DNA of 64,000 nt. Origin: Candidatus Entotheonellaceae bacterium. GTDB lineage: Bacteria > Tectomicrobia > Entotheonellia > Entotheonellales > Entotheonellaceae. Shown here piece by piece: positions 52,826 to 62,762 of this stretch (position 1 is its first letter; each line of letters starts with the position of its first letter). Location: contig OZ250173.1 in assembly GCA_965238075.1 (NCBI GenBank), forward strand, positions 2,304,001-2,368,000, given 5' to 3'. Under the pieces are notes generated by a model. The model ran no database searches. It was given only the letters and a program-made list of their open reading frames with translations, and was not told the origin of the DNA. The position numbers and the translations under genes are program-made.

Positions 52826-54022
52826 ATGAGCAAACCCGAAGAGCCCCTGCGAATTGCCCTTGCTATTCCTCATTTGGGTGGTGGCGGCGCGGAACGTTCC
52901 GTACTGAGGTTGGCGCGTGGGTTGATTGAACGCGGTCATGCGGTAGATATCCTTGTGTTCGGAAAAACAGATACGCTTGCAAGCGAGGCTCCCGCCCAGG
53001 CTCGCCAATTCTCGTTGGAGCAGCAACGGATCAATGAGTTCCGTGATCGCATGCGCATTGTGCGACGCTTCGGTTTCAGAATACTCAGGTTTCTGCGGAG
53101 AGATTTGCTCAGCGACGCCCGCTCCGTGGCTGCCTATATCGACGAAGAACAGCCGGACTGCATCCTCCCTTCACTCCCCAGAGCTAAATTGGCAACATTG
53201 CTGGCAGTCTGTTTTACCAAGCTGAACCCGGTAATAATTCCGATTATGCACAGCGTTTTGATGAACAGAAGGCGGAGGTTGCGGAACCTCTACGCTACCC
53301 TGTTTCCCATTGCAGATCATATTCTTGCCGTATCGGATGGCGTTGCCGACAGCGTCGCTTTCAAACTCCATGTCCCTCGCAACAGAATTTCTCGAGTCTA
53401 CAATCCGGTTGCCATCGCAGAAATCGATGAGTTGGCTCGGGCTATTCCCGAGCATCCCTGGATGCTGGACGACGGACCCCCGATTGTGTTGAGCACTGGA
53501 CGGCTGGCGCGGGTCAAGGATTTTCCCACCTTGCTGCGAGCGTTCCGGCAAGTCTCCCGGAATCGCCAAGTCCGCCTGATTATTCTTGGGGAAGGAAGCT
53601 GGCGACAACGGTTGGAAAACATGATCCGCAAAATGGGCATTGAAGCAATCGTGTCTTTGCCCGGCTGGGTCTCGAATCCCTACGCCTTTATGAGCCGCGC
53701 CTCGGTGTTCGTTCTTTCATCCAAGTTTGAAGGCTTAGGCAACGTCTTGATTGAGGCAATGGCATGCGGCTGCCCCTGTGTTAGCACGAACTGCCCCTCC
53801 GGTCCGGCGGAGATTCTCGATGATGGCCGATTCGGACCACTTGTTCCGGTAGGAAACGAATCAGAACTTGCGGCGGCTATGGAACACGTTCTCGATTCCC
53901 CCCTGAACAAAGACATATTGCTGGCCAGGGCGAAAGCGTTCTCGTTCGACGCCTCGGTCGGTCTCTACGAGCGTATTATCGTTGATCTGATAGGCAGACG
54001 TCGCCATCGGCAGCCGCACTGA
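52826..54022 (+). CDS. GT4 glycosyltransferase
   Basis: GGGAERS, GRLARVKDF, SSKFEGLGNVLIEAMACGCP.VST.CPSGP.EIL. Confidence 0.92.
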   Translation: MSKPEEPLRIALAIPHLGGGGAERSVLRLARGLIERGHAVDILVFGKTDTLASEAPAQARQFSLEQQRINEFRDRMRIVRRFGFRILRFLRRDLLSDARSVAAYIDEEQPDCILPSLPRAKLATLLAVCFTKLNPVIIPIMHSVLMNRRRRLRNLYATLFPIADHILAVSDGVADSVAFKLHVPRNRISRVYNPVAIAEIDELARAIPEHPWMLDDGPPIVLSTGRLARVKDFPTLLRAFRQVSRNRQVRLIILGEGSWRQRLENMIRKMGIEAIVSLPGWVSNPYAFMSRASVFVLSSKFEGLGNVLIEAMACGCPCVSTNCPSGPAEILDDGRFGPLVPVGNESELAAAMEHVLDSPLNKDILLARAKAFSFDASVGLYERIIVDLIGRRRHRQPH

Positions 54023-54096
54023 ACATACAAGGCGTTATATGTCGACACTGTTCGGCGGATAATTGAAAAGACTTGCCATCACGAGGGGACCAGACC

Positions 54097-54891
54097 GTGA
54101 AACTGTTTGTCATCAATCTCGTCAAGGCCGAGAAACGCCGTCGCCGGATGGAGCAGCAATTCGCGTCGTTGGGTTTGGAAGCGACGTTTCATCGCGCCCT
54201 TGACGCTCAAGAACTCACGCCAGAGCATTATGCCCAAGTTGACAGGGAAACCCGGCGACGGCTGGGCCTGTGGCCCCAAGCCGACGGCTCAGTCGCCAAT
54301 TGGATAAGTCAGCGTCAGGTGATGCGAGAGATCGTGGAGAACGGCCCGGAAACTGCGGCGATATTTGAGGACGACGCCGTGTTGTTGCCAGACCTCCCGG
54401 AGGTTCTCGATGCGCTGGAGCGCAGGCCGTTCGCCTTCGACATCGTAAAATTGAATCGCCGATCGCTTAAAAAGACCTTCGTTCCGGTGAGCGTCTTGAC
54501 AACAGGACATCAGGTCGGCCGAGTACGCTACTCTGACTATGGCAACGAAGGCTACGTCATGACGCGCGATGCCGCTCGTCACTTCCTGGAAAACACGCCG
54601 AAGATGATTTGGGAAATCGACCAAGCGCTTCCTCGTTTTTGGGAAAGTGGGCTGAACGTATTTTATCTCGACCCGCCCGTCGTCTCGCTAGATGAGCGAA
54701 GTGAATCACAGATTGAACGCTATCGTGAACTTTCACGCCAGAAACAAAGGAGCGACGATGGTGTTATGTATGTGCTCTGGAGGCGTGTGGTAAGCGCCCT
54801 GGTTCGGGAGGCGCATCGGCGCTTGGCATTCCACCGTTCGATGCATGGGGAAATCGGCGTTACACCGTGGCCACCGGACTCAGGCGCATAA
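54097..54891 (+). CDS. GT25 (LPS/LOS biosynthesis) glycosyltransferase
   Basis: FVINL....RR..M..QF, IFEDDA, GYVM...AA. Confidence 0.85.
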   Translation: MKLFVINLVKAEKRRRRMEQQFASLGLEATFHRALDAQELTPEHYAQVDRETRRRLGLWPQADGSVANWISQRQVMREIVENGPETAAIFEDDAVLLPDLPEVLDALERRPFAFDIVKLNRRSLKKTFVPVSVLTTGHQVGRVRYSDYGNEGYVMTRDAARHFLENTPKMIWEIDQALPRFWESGLNVFYLDPPVVSLDERSESQIERYRELSRQKQRSDDGVMYVLWRRVVSALVREAHRRLAFHRSMHGEIGVTPWPPDSGA

Positions 54892-54921
54892 AGGTTAAAG
54901 TCCATGCCAGTGGACAATGCC

Positions 54922-55170
54922 TTACCCTGAATAAGTGAGTGCAAGACCGGCGGGGAATGAGACGGCAGGTTGCCAGCCAAGGAGGGGCGCGCGGCTGTAG
55001 TCGGCGGCTTTGCGGCGTTCCTCGAACGAACCGCGAGGGTTCGGGTAGATGTGCTTGACTTCGCTGCCGATGAGCCGGGCGATTTCCAGCACCGAGGTTT
55101 CCTCGTTAGTGCCGATGTTCAGGACGGTGTTGCGGGAGGCGGGAAGGTCTGCGTGGCAGGCTGACATGGT
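54922..55170 (-). pseudogene. C-terminal fragment of an NAD-dependent epimerase/dehydratase
   Basis: VLNIGTNEETSVLEIA...AD.SRA.LLGWQP.VSF..GL; no Rossmann N-terminus. Confidence 0.7.
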
Positions 55171-55497
55171 TGCCCGCACAACAGCCCGGAATTTTCAAAC
55201 CTGCGCAATCCTCACAACATGTGCATCATGGCAATGTGCAGTTCGGCATCCTTGGTTTGGCAAGCTTGCCGTACATATTCTATTTCAGATTCGCCATGCC
55301 CTCGGCACGCAGCACACCGTCCTCAGACAAGTCGGCGCGGCACTCCCGCTGTTATTTCTGGTGGTCAACTTTGGCGAATCCTACCTTTCCGCTCATGCCA
55401 CGTCGTTGCTCTTTGCGGCGTTCAGTTCATTCCTTTACAGGGACATATAAACTGCCCGTGTTTAGGATGTCCTCTTGCATGACAGTTTATCTGGTAG

Positions 55498-56378
55498 TTA
55501 CCGGCCATCGTTTGACTCTGCTTCCGACAAATTTTCATCTTGTCGGCCAATATACTTGTCCAAGCCTTCTACGGCGCGGGTAGCGCGTGATTCCACAACC
55601 ATTCGGAGGAGTTGCCGATTATGGTCCTCACGGCTTCGATCGGCAACCGGGTGCCACAAGTGCATAACGCCTGTGCCATAGCGCCCATCCTTGCGGTAAA
55701 TGCCGGCGTTCATTAAGCGCGTAACCAGTTCCTTATCCTCGCCACCCCAGCCTGCAAACCGTTCGTCGAAGCCGCCAACGGTTCTCAAGTCTTCCATCCA
55801 CACGGCCATATTGCAGCCATACAGCCGATTAAAGACCTCGGTCTAAAGTGCCGCCAAGGGCCATCCGGAAGGGAAAAGAAGTACAGGAGGTGGTTGGCCT
55901 TTTTGGTGCGGCGCATCCATACCCAATCTCTGAAGGTAGATCGGTGCAGAAGTTTCCGGCTTGACAGCGCTTCGTCCGTGAATGCCTGAGAAAGTTTAAT
56001 TCGACCGCCGGTTACGCATCTTCCCCTTTGGGCCAACGTCGCGTGACGAGACACGAAGTTGGGAAGCGGCACGCAATCGCCGTCGAGAAAGACGATGTAT
56101 GCCCCCGACGCCTTGAAAATCGCTTTGTTGTGCACCTCCGCTTTGCGGAACCCTTCATCCGGTTGCCACACGTGATGCACGGCACGCTGCCGGCAGACTT
56201 CATGCTCACGAATCAGCGCCGCGGTCGCCTCGTCCGAGCCGTCATCGGCAATGATGATCTCGAAGTCGGGGTAGTCCTGCTCATTCAGTGCGCACAGTGT
56301 TAGGTCCAAAGCGTCCGGTCTGTTGTAGGTGGATACGATGACGGTGATCTCAAGGGTGCTCGTTGTACTGTTCTTCAT
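55498..56378 (-). CDS. GT2 glycosyltransferase with GT7-like C-terminus, frameshifted at 55831-55833
   Basis: STYNRP, ADDGS, DGDC; continues FNRLYGCNMAVW..GFDERFAGWGGED in another frame; one T missing in a T-run. Confidence 0.85.
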
Positions 56379-56381
56379 TCG

Positions 56382-57161
56382 TTAAACCGTTCCCTTAGGT
56401 AGTCTGCTGCGCAAAACCCGCTCGGCGGAGCGCAAGCTTTCCGGTGTGTCCACGTCTACCCAGAACGCCTCACCGATGTCCAATGCCTGGAACTGCCGAC
56501 GTGGAATCAGGTGGCGCCAGCCCGCGCTGAGAGAGCCCTCGCCAGCGGCTCGCGCTTGTTGCAGGGCGTCGAAGACCTTTGGCTGGCAGAAGAAGAGACC
56601 GGTATCAACCGCCGCGTAGGACTGAAGGTCCTTGCCGATAGCGGTGATCGTGCCGTCGGTGAGTTGAACCTTGGTGGCGTCGTCGAGGCGAAACACCCGT
56701 TCGGGGCGGTAATCTACCGCCAGCAGGCACTCGGCGCCTTCGCTGCCGGCATCCACCAGACGCTGCAGGATGGCTGGGTCAAAGACGTGATCGCACATGG
56801 CCAGGAGAAACGGCCCGCGTATATATGGCTGTGCTGCTAGCGCCGAGGTGCCGTTTCCCTCCTCCCAGTAGGGATTTTCCACGCCACGTACGACGATGCC
56901 AACACGGTCGGCCAATTCGTCGAGCCGTTCGTCGATGCTCTCCTTGCCGTAACCGAGCACGACGATGCACTCTCTGACCCCCACGTCACGGCAAGCCAGA
57001 ACGACGCGCTCCAGCAGGGTGACGCCCAGCAGTGGTGTCAGCGGTTTCAGGTATCCCCCGGGGCGCAGGCGTTGGCCCTTGCCGGCGGCCAGGATGACGG
57101 CCTGCAAACCGCTGCTTTCAGCGTACTGAGAATCGGCGAGTTGCCGCACGTGTGACCCCAT
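56382..57161 (-). CDS. Nucleotidyltransferase (IPCT / phosphocholine cytidylyltransferase-like)
   Basis: ILAAGKGQRL, KPL, GNGTS, MCDH, DDATKV, VDTGLF, WVDVDTPE. Confidence 0.82.
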   Translation of the reverse strand: MGSHVRQLADSQYAESSGLQAVILAAGKGQRLRPGGYLKPLTPLLGVTLLERVVLACRDVGVRECIVVLGYGKESIDERLDELADRVGIVVRGVENPYWEEGNGTSALAAQPYIRGPFLLAMCDHVFDPAILQRLVDAGSEGAECLLAVDYRPERVFRLDDATKVQLTDGTITAIGKDLQSYAAVDTGLFFCQPKVFDALQQARAAGEGSLSAGWRHLIPRRQFQALDIGEAFWVDVDTPESLRSAERVLRSRLPKGTV

Positions 57162-57231
57162 TTACAAGCGCGTCCTCCAACGCCACTACCGGAAAACCGT
57201 GTTCTCGGTAGAAACCGACGGTTACCAGCAA

Positions 57232-57426
57232 CTAGGAATCGGACTCCGACAACTGTTCCTTGAGAGCCTGGAATCCGGCGTCGTTCAAACCGGTGGCGGC
57301 TTCGATGACCTCCCAGGTCACTCCGACCTTCAACAAGCCTTCCACGACTTCCACCTGACCTTTTATACGGCCTTTCACTTCGCCTTTGGCCTCCCCTTCA
57401 GCCAGCAACTCCTGCGCGTACGTCAT
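57232..57426 (-). CDS. Putative intragenic RpnS (64 aa) translated from an internal start
   Basis: AAGGAGG-N7-ATG in frame at MTYAQELLAEG. Confidence 0.65.
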   Translation of the reverse strand: MTYAQELLAEGEAKGEVKGRIKGQVEVVEGLLKVGVTWEVIEAATGLNDAGFQALKEQLSESDS

Positions 57427-58168
57427 AATCTCGCCTCCTTGCTCAAGTCCACGGCGTTGCAGCCTTTCCCTGAACCTTTCGATTACCTCACGATCCTGCG
57501 TTGCCATCAAGTACACGAAGAACTGACGAAACTCATTTGAGTCATCACTGGCGTGCAGCGACAAGACCAGTTGCGCCGTCAGTTGCAGTGCCGCTTCCAC
57601 GTGACGGTTGAATGCTGCCATCATCAACAACTGGGTGATGCGGCCTTTAACGCCGCCGGCGACCGCTTCGGGTTCCAGGGGCCGTCTGGTCTAACAGTTC
57701 ATGTTTAAACCGCGGTACCCACTGCCAGGGCCGTATGGCTTCAGGGAACAGATCGGCAAATTCGGTTGAGTAGGTCCAACCCCTTGGCCCTTGATAGAAC
57801 ACCACTGGCACGATGGGCCGCAACTCGGATGATTCCGGGTCATGTCGGCGATCGGTTTCCCAGATGCGGCAGCAATACTTCAGGAGTCGGAATCGCATCC
57901 AAGGGTCTGGTGACGACTGGTGCTCAAAGAGCAAATACATCGAAATTGGTTGTCCCGTCTCGTTATGTTCGATCTGGTAAAGCAGGTCGGATTGGCTGCC
58001 GCGCATCTCGTCATCGACAAAGCTGCCGTCAAGCAGAGTTAGGGTGGTCCAGTCGAAGTGATCTCGGATCGCACCGGGCAAGGCGGTTTGCAACAGACCG
58101 GCGGCTTCGTCGGCATTGGAAAAGACGGCCCGGAAAATCCTATCATGGGGTTGGTGGATGTCAGCCAT
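57232..58168 (-). CDS. Rpn / YhgA-like (PD-(D/E)XK) recombination-promoting nuclease, frameshifted at 57678-57681
   Basis: PHDRIFR, SFVD, SDLLY, YLLFEHQS, RLLKY, PVVFYQG; extra C in a C-run, then LEPEAVAGG...MTYAQELLAEGEAKG. Confidence 0.88.
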
Positions 58169-58531
58169 AGCCGAAGCCTTTGTAGGAAACCTTGCAGACA
58201 ATAATACCGTAACACACATAATCAGTAACCAGCCGCTTTCCACTTGCAGCGAGGTCGTTCGGTTTGGCGAATTCTGCCTGTTCATTCATGTGGCTGATCG
58301 CTGTTTGCGGTATTCAACTCCTTCCTGTACAAGGACATGTAACCTGCCGACGCCAGGGGTGTTCAAGTGTGACCGTTCATTTCGATGAATGGGAGGGGCG
58401 CCGCCACTTCGGCACCACGCCTGACAGACCGCCACGACCTCAAAACCATTGCCATGATTCTTCCTCAATCGGGTCGCACGACTTGAAAATCACTTATCTC
58501 AACGCACGACTATCCCGCATGGTGTATCATA

Positions 58532-59605
58532 ATGGCCTCAAACACCGTCCCGCTTAACGGTTTCCTCGCGTTCGACGAATTGCGACGTCTCCTGCTTATC
58601 CGTCTAAGCTCGTTGGGCGATATTCTGCTGCTGACGCCGCTGCTGAACCTGTTGCGCACTACGTGTCCCCAGGCGCAAATCGATGTGCTCGTGAAGGCCG
58701 AATACCATGACCTGTTGCGCGCCCATCCAGGCATTACCCGCCTGCTGATTTTCGATTCCCGGCAATCCTTGCTGCGCACGTTGCGCAGCCTGCGCGTGGA
58801 CTGCTATGACCTCGCCCTGGACTTGCACTGCACGCCGCGCAGCCAATTGCTCCTGCGGGGACTGAGGGCGCGCCGCAAGCTGGTGTACAACAAGCGGGTC
58901 CTGCGTCGAGCCCTGCTGGTGCGTCTGGGCTGGAACACGTTGCGGTGCATGACGCCGGTGCCCGAACTCTATGCGGCACCTCTGCGGCGTCTGGGCCTTA
59001 CGGGCCGTCTGGGTCCGCCGACAATGCACCTCGATGGTGAGAGTATGGAGGCGATGGAGGCCCATATCACCGGCAGCTTGCCCGACGCCCCGAATCAGCC
59101 GTTGCTGGCGGTGGCGCCCGGCGCCCGCTGGGCCACCAAGCGCTGGCCTGTGGAACGCTTCGCCGCTGTAGCACAGGAATTGGCGCGGGAAAAACAGGCG
59201 GCCGTGGTCATCCTGGGTGGCCCGGATGAAGCGCAACTGGCCCGCACCCTATGCGACAAGCTCGACGTGCCGGTCGTCAACGGCGCCGGCACCCTGTCAC
59301 TGATGAACAGCGCCGCCCTGCTGAGCCGATGCCGGTTGCTTATCAGCAACGATTCCGGCCTCATGCACATGGCTACTGCCCTACAAGTTCCCGTTGTGGC
59401 CATTTTCGGCCCCACCGTGCAGGAGTTCGGCTTCTATCCGTTTCAGGCCCGCGCCGAGGTCGTCAGCGAGCCCTTGTCCTGCCGCCCGTGCAGCACCAAG
59501 GGCTCGCAGCGTTGCCCGTTGAGGCATCACGCCTGCATGCAGGACATCTCAAGTGCCCGCGTTGTGGCCGCGGCCAAGGCCATGTGGAAAAGCGGTGTCG
59601 CATGA
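58532..59605 (+). CDS. GT9 heptosyltransferase (WaaF-like)
   Basis: IRLSSLGDI, APGA.W.TKRWP, NDSGLMHMA.A, IFGPT, CRPC. Confidence 0.9.
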   Translation: MASNTVPLNGFLAFDELRRLLLIRLSSLGDILLLTPLLNLLRTTCPQAQIDVLVKAEYHDLLRAHPGITRLLIFDSRQSLLRTLRSLRVDCYDLALDLHCTPRSQLLLRGLRARRKLVYNKRVLRRALLVRLGWNTLRCMTPVPELYAAPLRRLGLTGRLGPPTMHLDGESMEAMEAHITGSLPDAPNQPLLAVAPGARWATKRWPVERFAAVAQELAREKQAAVVILGGPDEAQLARTLCDKLDVPVVNGAGTLSLMNSAALLSRCRLLISNDSGLMHMATALQVPVVAIFGPTVQEFGFYPFQARAEVVSEPLSCRPCSTKGSQRCPLRHHACMQDISSARVVAAAKAMWKSGVA

Positions 59606-60708
59606 TCAGACTGCTTTTCGAAATCGGGCATTTATATCACCGTGCCGCTATCGACCCGCTTTACCAAGTGTTTCGCCGAGACCCACGTTACGATATCGCC
59701 TTCGTCTGCCCGAACGACGCTGAGCGCCGCTTCGGCCTGTTTAACCGCTCGCTTCGTCGGAACCTGGAGGCCCGTTTTCGCGCCGAAGGATTGCCGATTG
59801 CCGATGATACCCGCGGCTTTGACGTTGTAATCGTGGGCGATACGGTGCGTGACCCGAAGCGTTATGGCACCACCCTGTTGTGCTTCGTCAACCACGGCAC
59901 CGGCATCAAGAACATCCTGTACCGCAGCCTGCGTCGGCAGCCCCACACCCGTTACCAGATTTTCGTGGAAGGGGATTACCGGGTCGACAGGATTCGGCAG
60001 GCGAACGCATTGGGTGTGTCGACGGTGCACAAGGTCGGCCTGCCGAAGCTCGACCCTCTGTTCGGACCGCAAAAGCCGTCGCGCAGCGAGATCCTTCGCC
60101 GCCTCGGGCTTGACCCTGCCAAGCCGACCGTGCTGTTTGCGCCTACCTACAAGCCGAGTTGCATTGATATCATCCGGGAGCGCATCCTGACCGAAACGCG
60201 GCGGTATAACCTGATCATCAAGCTGCATCAATACAGTTGGCGGGGCAAATACGCCCCACACTGGCACCACAGGTTGTACCAGCGCGCCGTGAAGGCATTC
60301 CCGCACGCTGTGCTGTTACCGGTGGATGACTACAACATCGTGCCCTATCTGCATGCCGCGGATACGCTGATCAGCGAGGCGTCGAGCACCCTGTTCGATT
60401 TTCTGGCCCTCGACAAAACCGGCATCATTTTCGTGCTGCCCGACGCCGGTATGCACCATCACGACGGCGAGCCCCTGCTCGGCGAAACCATGCAGGACTT
60501 CCTCACGGGCGCCTTCCTGCACATCACCCGCCCCGATGAGATCGGCGACGCCGTAGCCGATGCTTTGCGGGACGATGCGGAGCGCCGGCAGCGTTCCCAG
60601 GCTTACCGCAACTACTTGTTTCACGGCCTCGACGGGCGCGCCTCGCAACGTACCAAGGCGGTGATTGAACGCCTGCTCGACGAGGGTGGGCACGCCAATC
60701 TGCCGTGA
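59602..60708 (+). CDS. CDP-glycerol glycerophosphotransferase (TagF-like) family protein
   Basis: NHGTGIK, GLPKLD, LFAPTY, IKLH, ADTLISEASS..FDFL.LDK, DGRASQR. Confidence 0.8.
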   Translation: MIRLLFEIGHLYHRAAIDPLYQVFRRDPRYDIAFVCPNDAERRFGLFNRSLRRNLEARFRAEGLPIADDTRGFDVVIVGDTVRDPKRYGTTLLCFVNHGTGIKNILYRSLRRQPHTRYQIFVEGDYRVDRIRQANALGVSTVHKVGLPKLDPLFGPQKPSRSEILRRLGLDPAKPTVLFAPTYKPSCIDIIRERILTETRRYNLIIKLHQYSWRGKYAPHWHHRLYQRAVKAFPHAVLLPVDDYNIVPYLHAADTLISEASSTLFDFLALDKTGIIFVLPDAGMHHHDGEPLLGETMQDFLTGAFLHITRPDEIGDAVADALRDDAERRQRSQAYRNYLFHGLDGRASQRTKAVIERLLDEGGHANLP

Positions 60709-60739
60709 TGCCGGCACCCAGTGCCACAAAGCCTATAAA

Positions 60740-60755
60740 CGTTGTTATAACAACG
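60740..60755. promoter_or_regulatory. Perfect 16-bp palindromic operator candidate
   Basis: CGTTGTTATAACAACG in the AT-rich leader of the carboxyltransferase gene. Confidence 0.65.
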
Positions 60756-60797
60756 AATTCCAGTACAATTGGGAAGCTGTGAGAAAAGGATATGTAA

Positions 60798-62456
60798 GTG
60801 GAGACAGACGACACAATGGACGAAAAGACATCAACCATTAGCGAGCGAACATCCATCGACTTGGCGGAAACCCTCTCGCGCCTGCACGAGGTGTGGACGT
60901 GCTCGGACTTTCAGGCTGCCGCACGGCAGCATGCCCGGGGCAAACTGACCGTCCAGGAGAAGATCGCCTGTCTGTTCGACGCCGGAACGTTCACGGAAGA
61001 GCACGCGCCCAGCCCCGACCTCGATCCGCGGCATGGCGAACGCCGCCTGCTCACTGGCTGCGGCGACATGAGCGGCCGGCCTGTTGCCGTGGCCATATTC
61101 AACTCCGCCATTGCCGCTGGCGCGGTCACCATCTCCACCGGCGACAAGCTCATCAAGCACATGCAACTCGCCGAGCGGCGGCGCTGCCCGCTGCTGATTG
61201 ATTGGGATTCCGGCGGTGCCGACATCAACGACGGCGTGGCCTCGCTCGATATCTTCCGGAAGATTTTCACGCAGATCAACGAACTCTCCGGCCGCATCCC
61301 CATGCTGTCCATCCTGTCCGGACTGAACGCCGGCGGCGGCGCCTACGCACCCGTGATGACCGACACCGTCATCATGATCGACGGCAGCATGATGGCCGTC
61401 ACCGGGCCGCAGGTGATTCGCGTGGCCACCGGCGAGGAGGTCACGCCGGACGAGATGGGCGGCGCGCAACTGCACAGCGAGCAGTCCGGCGAGGCGCACT
61501 ACCGGGTTGCCACCTACGAGGCGGCGTCGGCCTTGGCGCGCAAGTGGTTCTCTTACCTGCCGCAGAGCATGTGGTCCCTGCCGCCGCGGAACGCGTCGTG
61601 GGACAAGCGCGGCGTGCCCACCGACTTGCGGGCCATCGTGACGCAAGCCCGGCACAACGCCCGTCTCAAGCGCAACGCCACCTGGGACGTGCGCACGTTT
61701 ATCGAAGCGGCGGTCGATGATGACTCGTGGTTTGAGTACCACGAGAAATTCGCCACCTCCGCGGTCATTGGCCTGGCGCGCATTGCCGGCATTGCGGTCG
61801 TGGTCATCGCCAATCAGCGGCAGGTGCTGGGGGGTTCCATGACGGCGGCCTCGTCGTCCAAAGTCACGCGCATCCTGAAGCTGGCGAACGCCTATCACCT
61901 GCCCGTCATCACGCTGGTGGACGTGCCGGGTTTCATCGCTACGCAGGCGGAATCGGCGGGCCAGATCCTGTCCAAGGGCGCCGGGCTACTGATGACCTAT
62001 CCCAACCTCATGGTGCCGCGCATTTCGGTGGTCATCGACAAGGCGTTCGGCGGCGCCTACTGCGCGATGGACAGTCACGCCACCTCCGTGCGTTCCGGCC
62101 TGTATCGCCACTATGGCTTCACCACCGGGCAGGTCGCCGTGATGGGCAAGGAAGCGGGGCCGTTTTTCACCTACGGCCCGGACGGCGGGGACGCGGCTGT
62201 CAGGGAGCAGCATCAGGACCGCTACGAGAACGAGTACCTCAACATGAACCTCGCCTATGAGGATCGCCTCGTCGAACCGCTGGAGCCCGAAGCCCTGCGC
62301 CCGTGCCTGGTGGCCGAACTGCCGCCGCTGTACGACGCCTACGAGGCGTATTGGCAACGCCTGGTGGACGACCTCGAGCGGGTACGAGAAGAATGCCCGG
62401 ACCTGTTTGCCGAACTGCGTCACGGCGCCCTGCGCGGCCTGATTCATCCCCTGTGA
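60798..62456 (+). CDS. Acyl-CoA carboxyltransferase (PccB/MmdA-like), divergent
   Basis: QHARGKLT, DSGGA, TGPQVI...TGEEV...MGGA, LVDVPGF, KAFGGAY. Confidence 0.88.
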   Translation: METDDTMDEKTSTISERTSIDLAETLSRLHEVWTCSDFQAAARQHARGKLTVQEKIACLFDAGTFTEEHAPSPDLDPRHGERRLLTGCGDMSGRPVAVAIFNSAIAAGAVTISTGDKLIKHMQLAERRRCPLLIDWDSGGADINDGVASLDIFRKIFTQINELSGRIPMLSILSGLNAGGGAYAPVMTDTVIMIDGSMMAVTGPQVIRVATGEEVTPDEMGGAQLHSEQSGEAHYRVATYEAASALARKWFSYLPQSMWSLPPRNASWDKRGVPTDLRAIVTQARHNARLKRNATWDVRTFIEAAVDDDSWFEYHEKFATSAVIGLARIAGIAVVVIANQRQVLGGSMTAASSSKVTRILKLANAYHLPVITLVDVPGFIATQAESAGQILSKGAGLLMTYPNLMVPRISVVIDKAFGGAYCAMDSHATSVRSGLYRHYGFTTGQVAVMGKEAGPFFTYGPDGGDAAVREQHQDRYENEYLNMNLAYEDRLVEPLEPEALRPCLVAELPPLYDAYEAYWQRLVDDLERVREECPDLFAELRHGALRGLIHPL

Positions 62457-62512
62457 CGTGTGATGCATGTCGGTTCTCTCCTATGAAAATTTCCCATGCA
62501 ATGCCAGAATCG

Positions 62513-62594
62513 GTCATTCCGGCGTATGCCGGAATCTAGCGACCTTGACTTGCCTCCTGGAAAGCCACTGGACTCCGGCCGCCGCCGGAGTGAC
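62513..62594. repeat. REP/RPE-like element, family A
   Basis: GTCATTCCGGCGTATGCCGGAATC ... GACTCCGGCCGCCGCCGGAGTGAC. Confidence 0.75.
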
Positions 62595-62655
62595 GTCAGG
62601 CAGGCGGCGGTTACAGGAACCGTTACAGGCGTCAAGGGAGCCTGAGGATCGCTGC

Positions 62656-62690
62656 GGAATGTCGGATTACGCTTCGCCAATCCGACTACA
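62656..62690. repeat. REP-like element, family C
   Basis: GGAATGTCGGATTACGCTTCGCCAATCCGACTACA, near-identical to 47646-47681. Confidence 0.8.
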
Positions 62691-62762
62691 TCTCACTCGT
62701 TTCCCTCGATATATCGTGGCTCCCGGATTTTTCGGGGCCGTCTCACCAGCGAGGAGTTGCCT

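Noticed and set aside
55180-55490. Possible gene in the AT-richer gap
   Set aside because: The candidate frames gave no recognisable product; probably decayed sequence.
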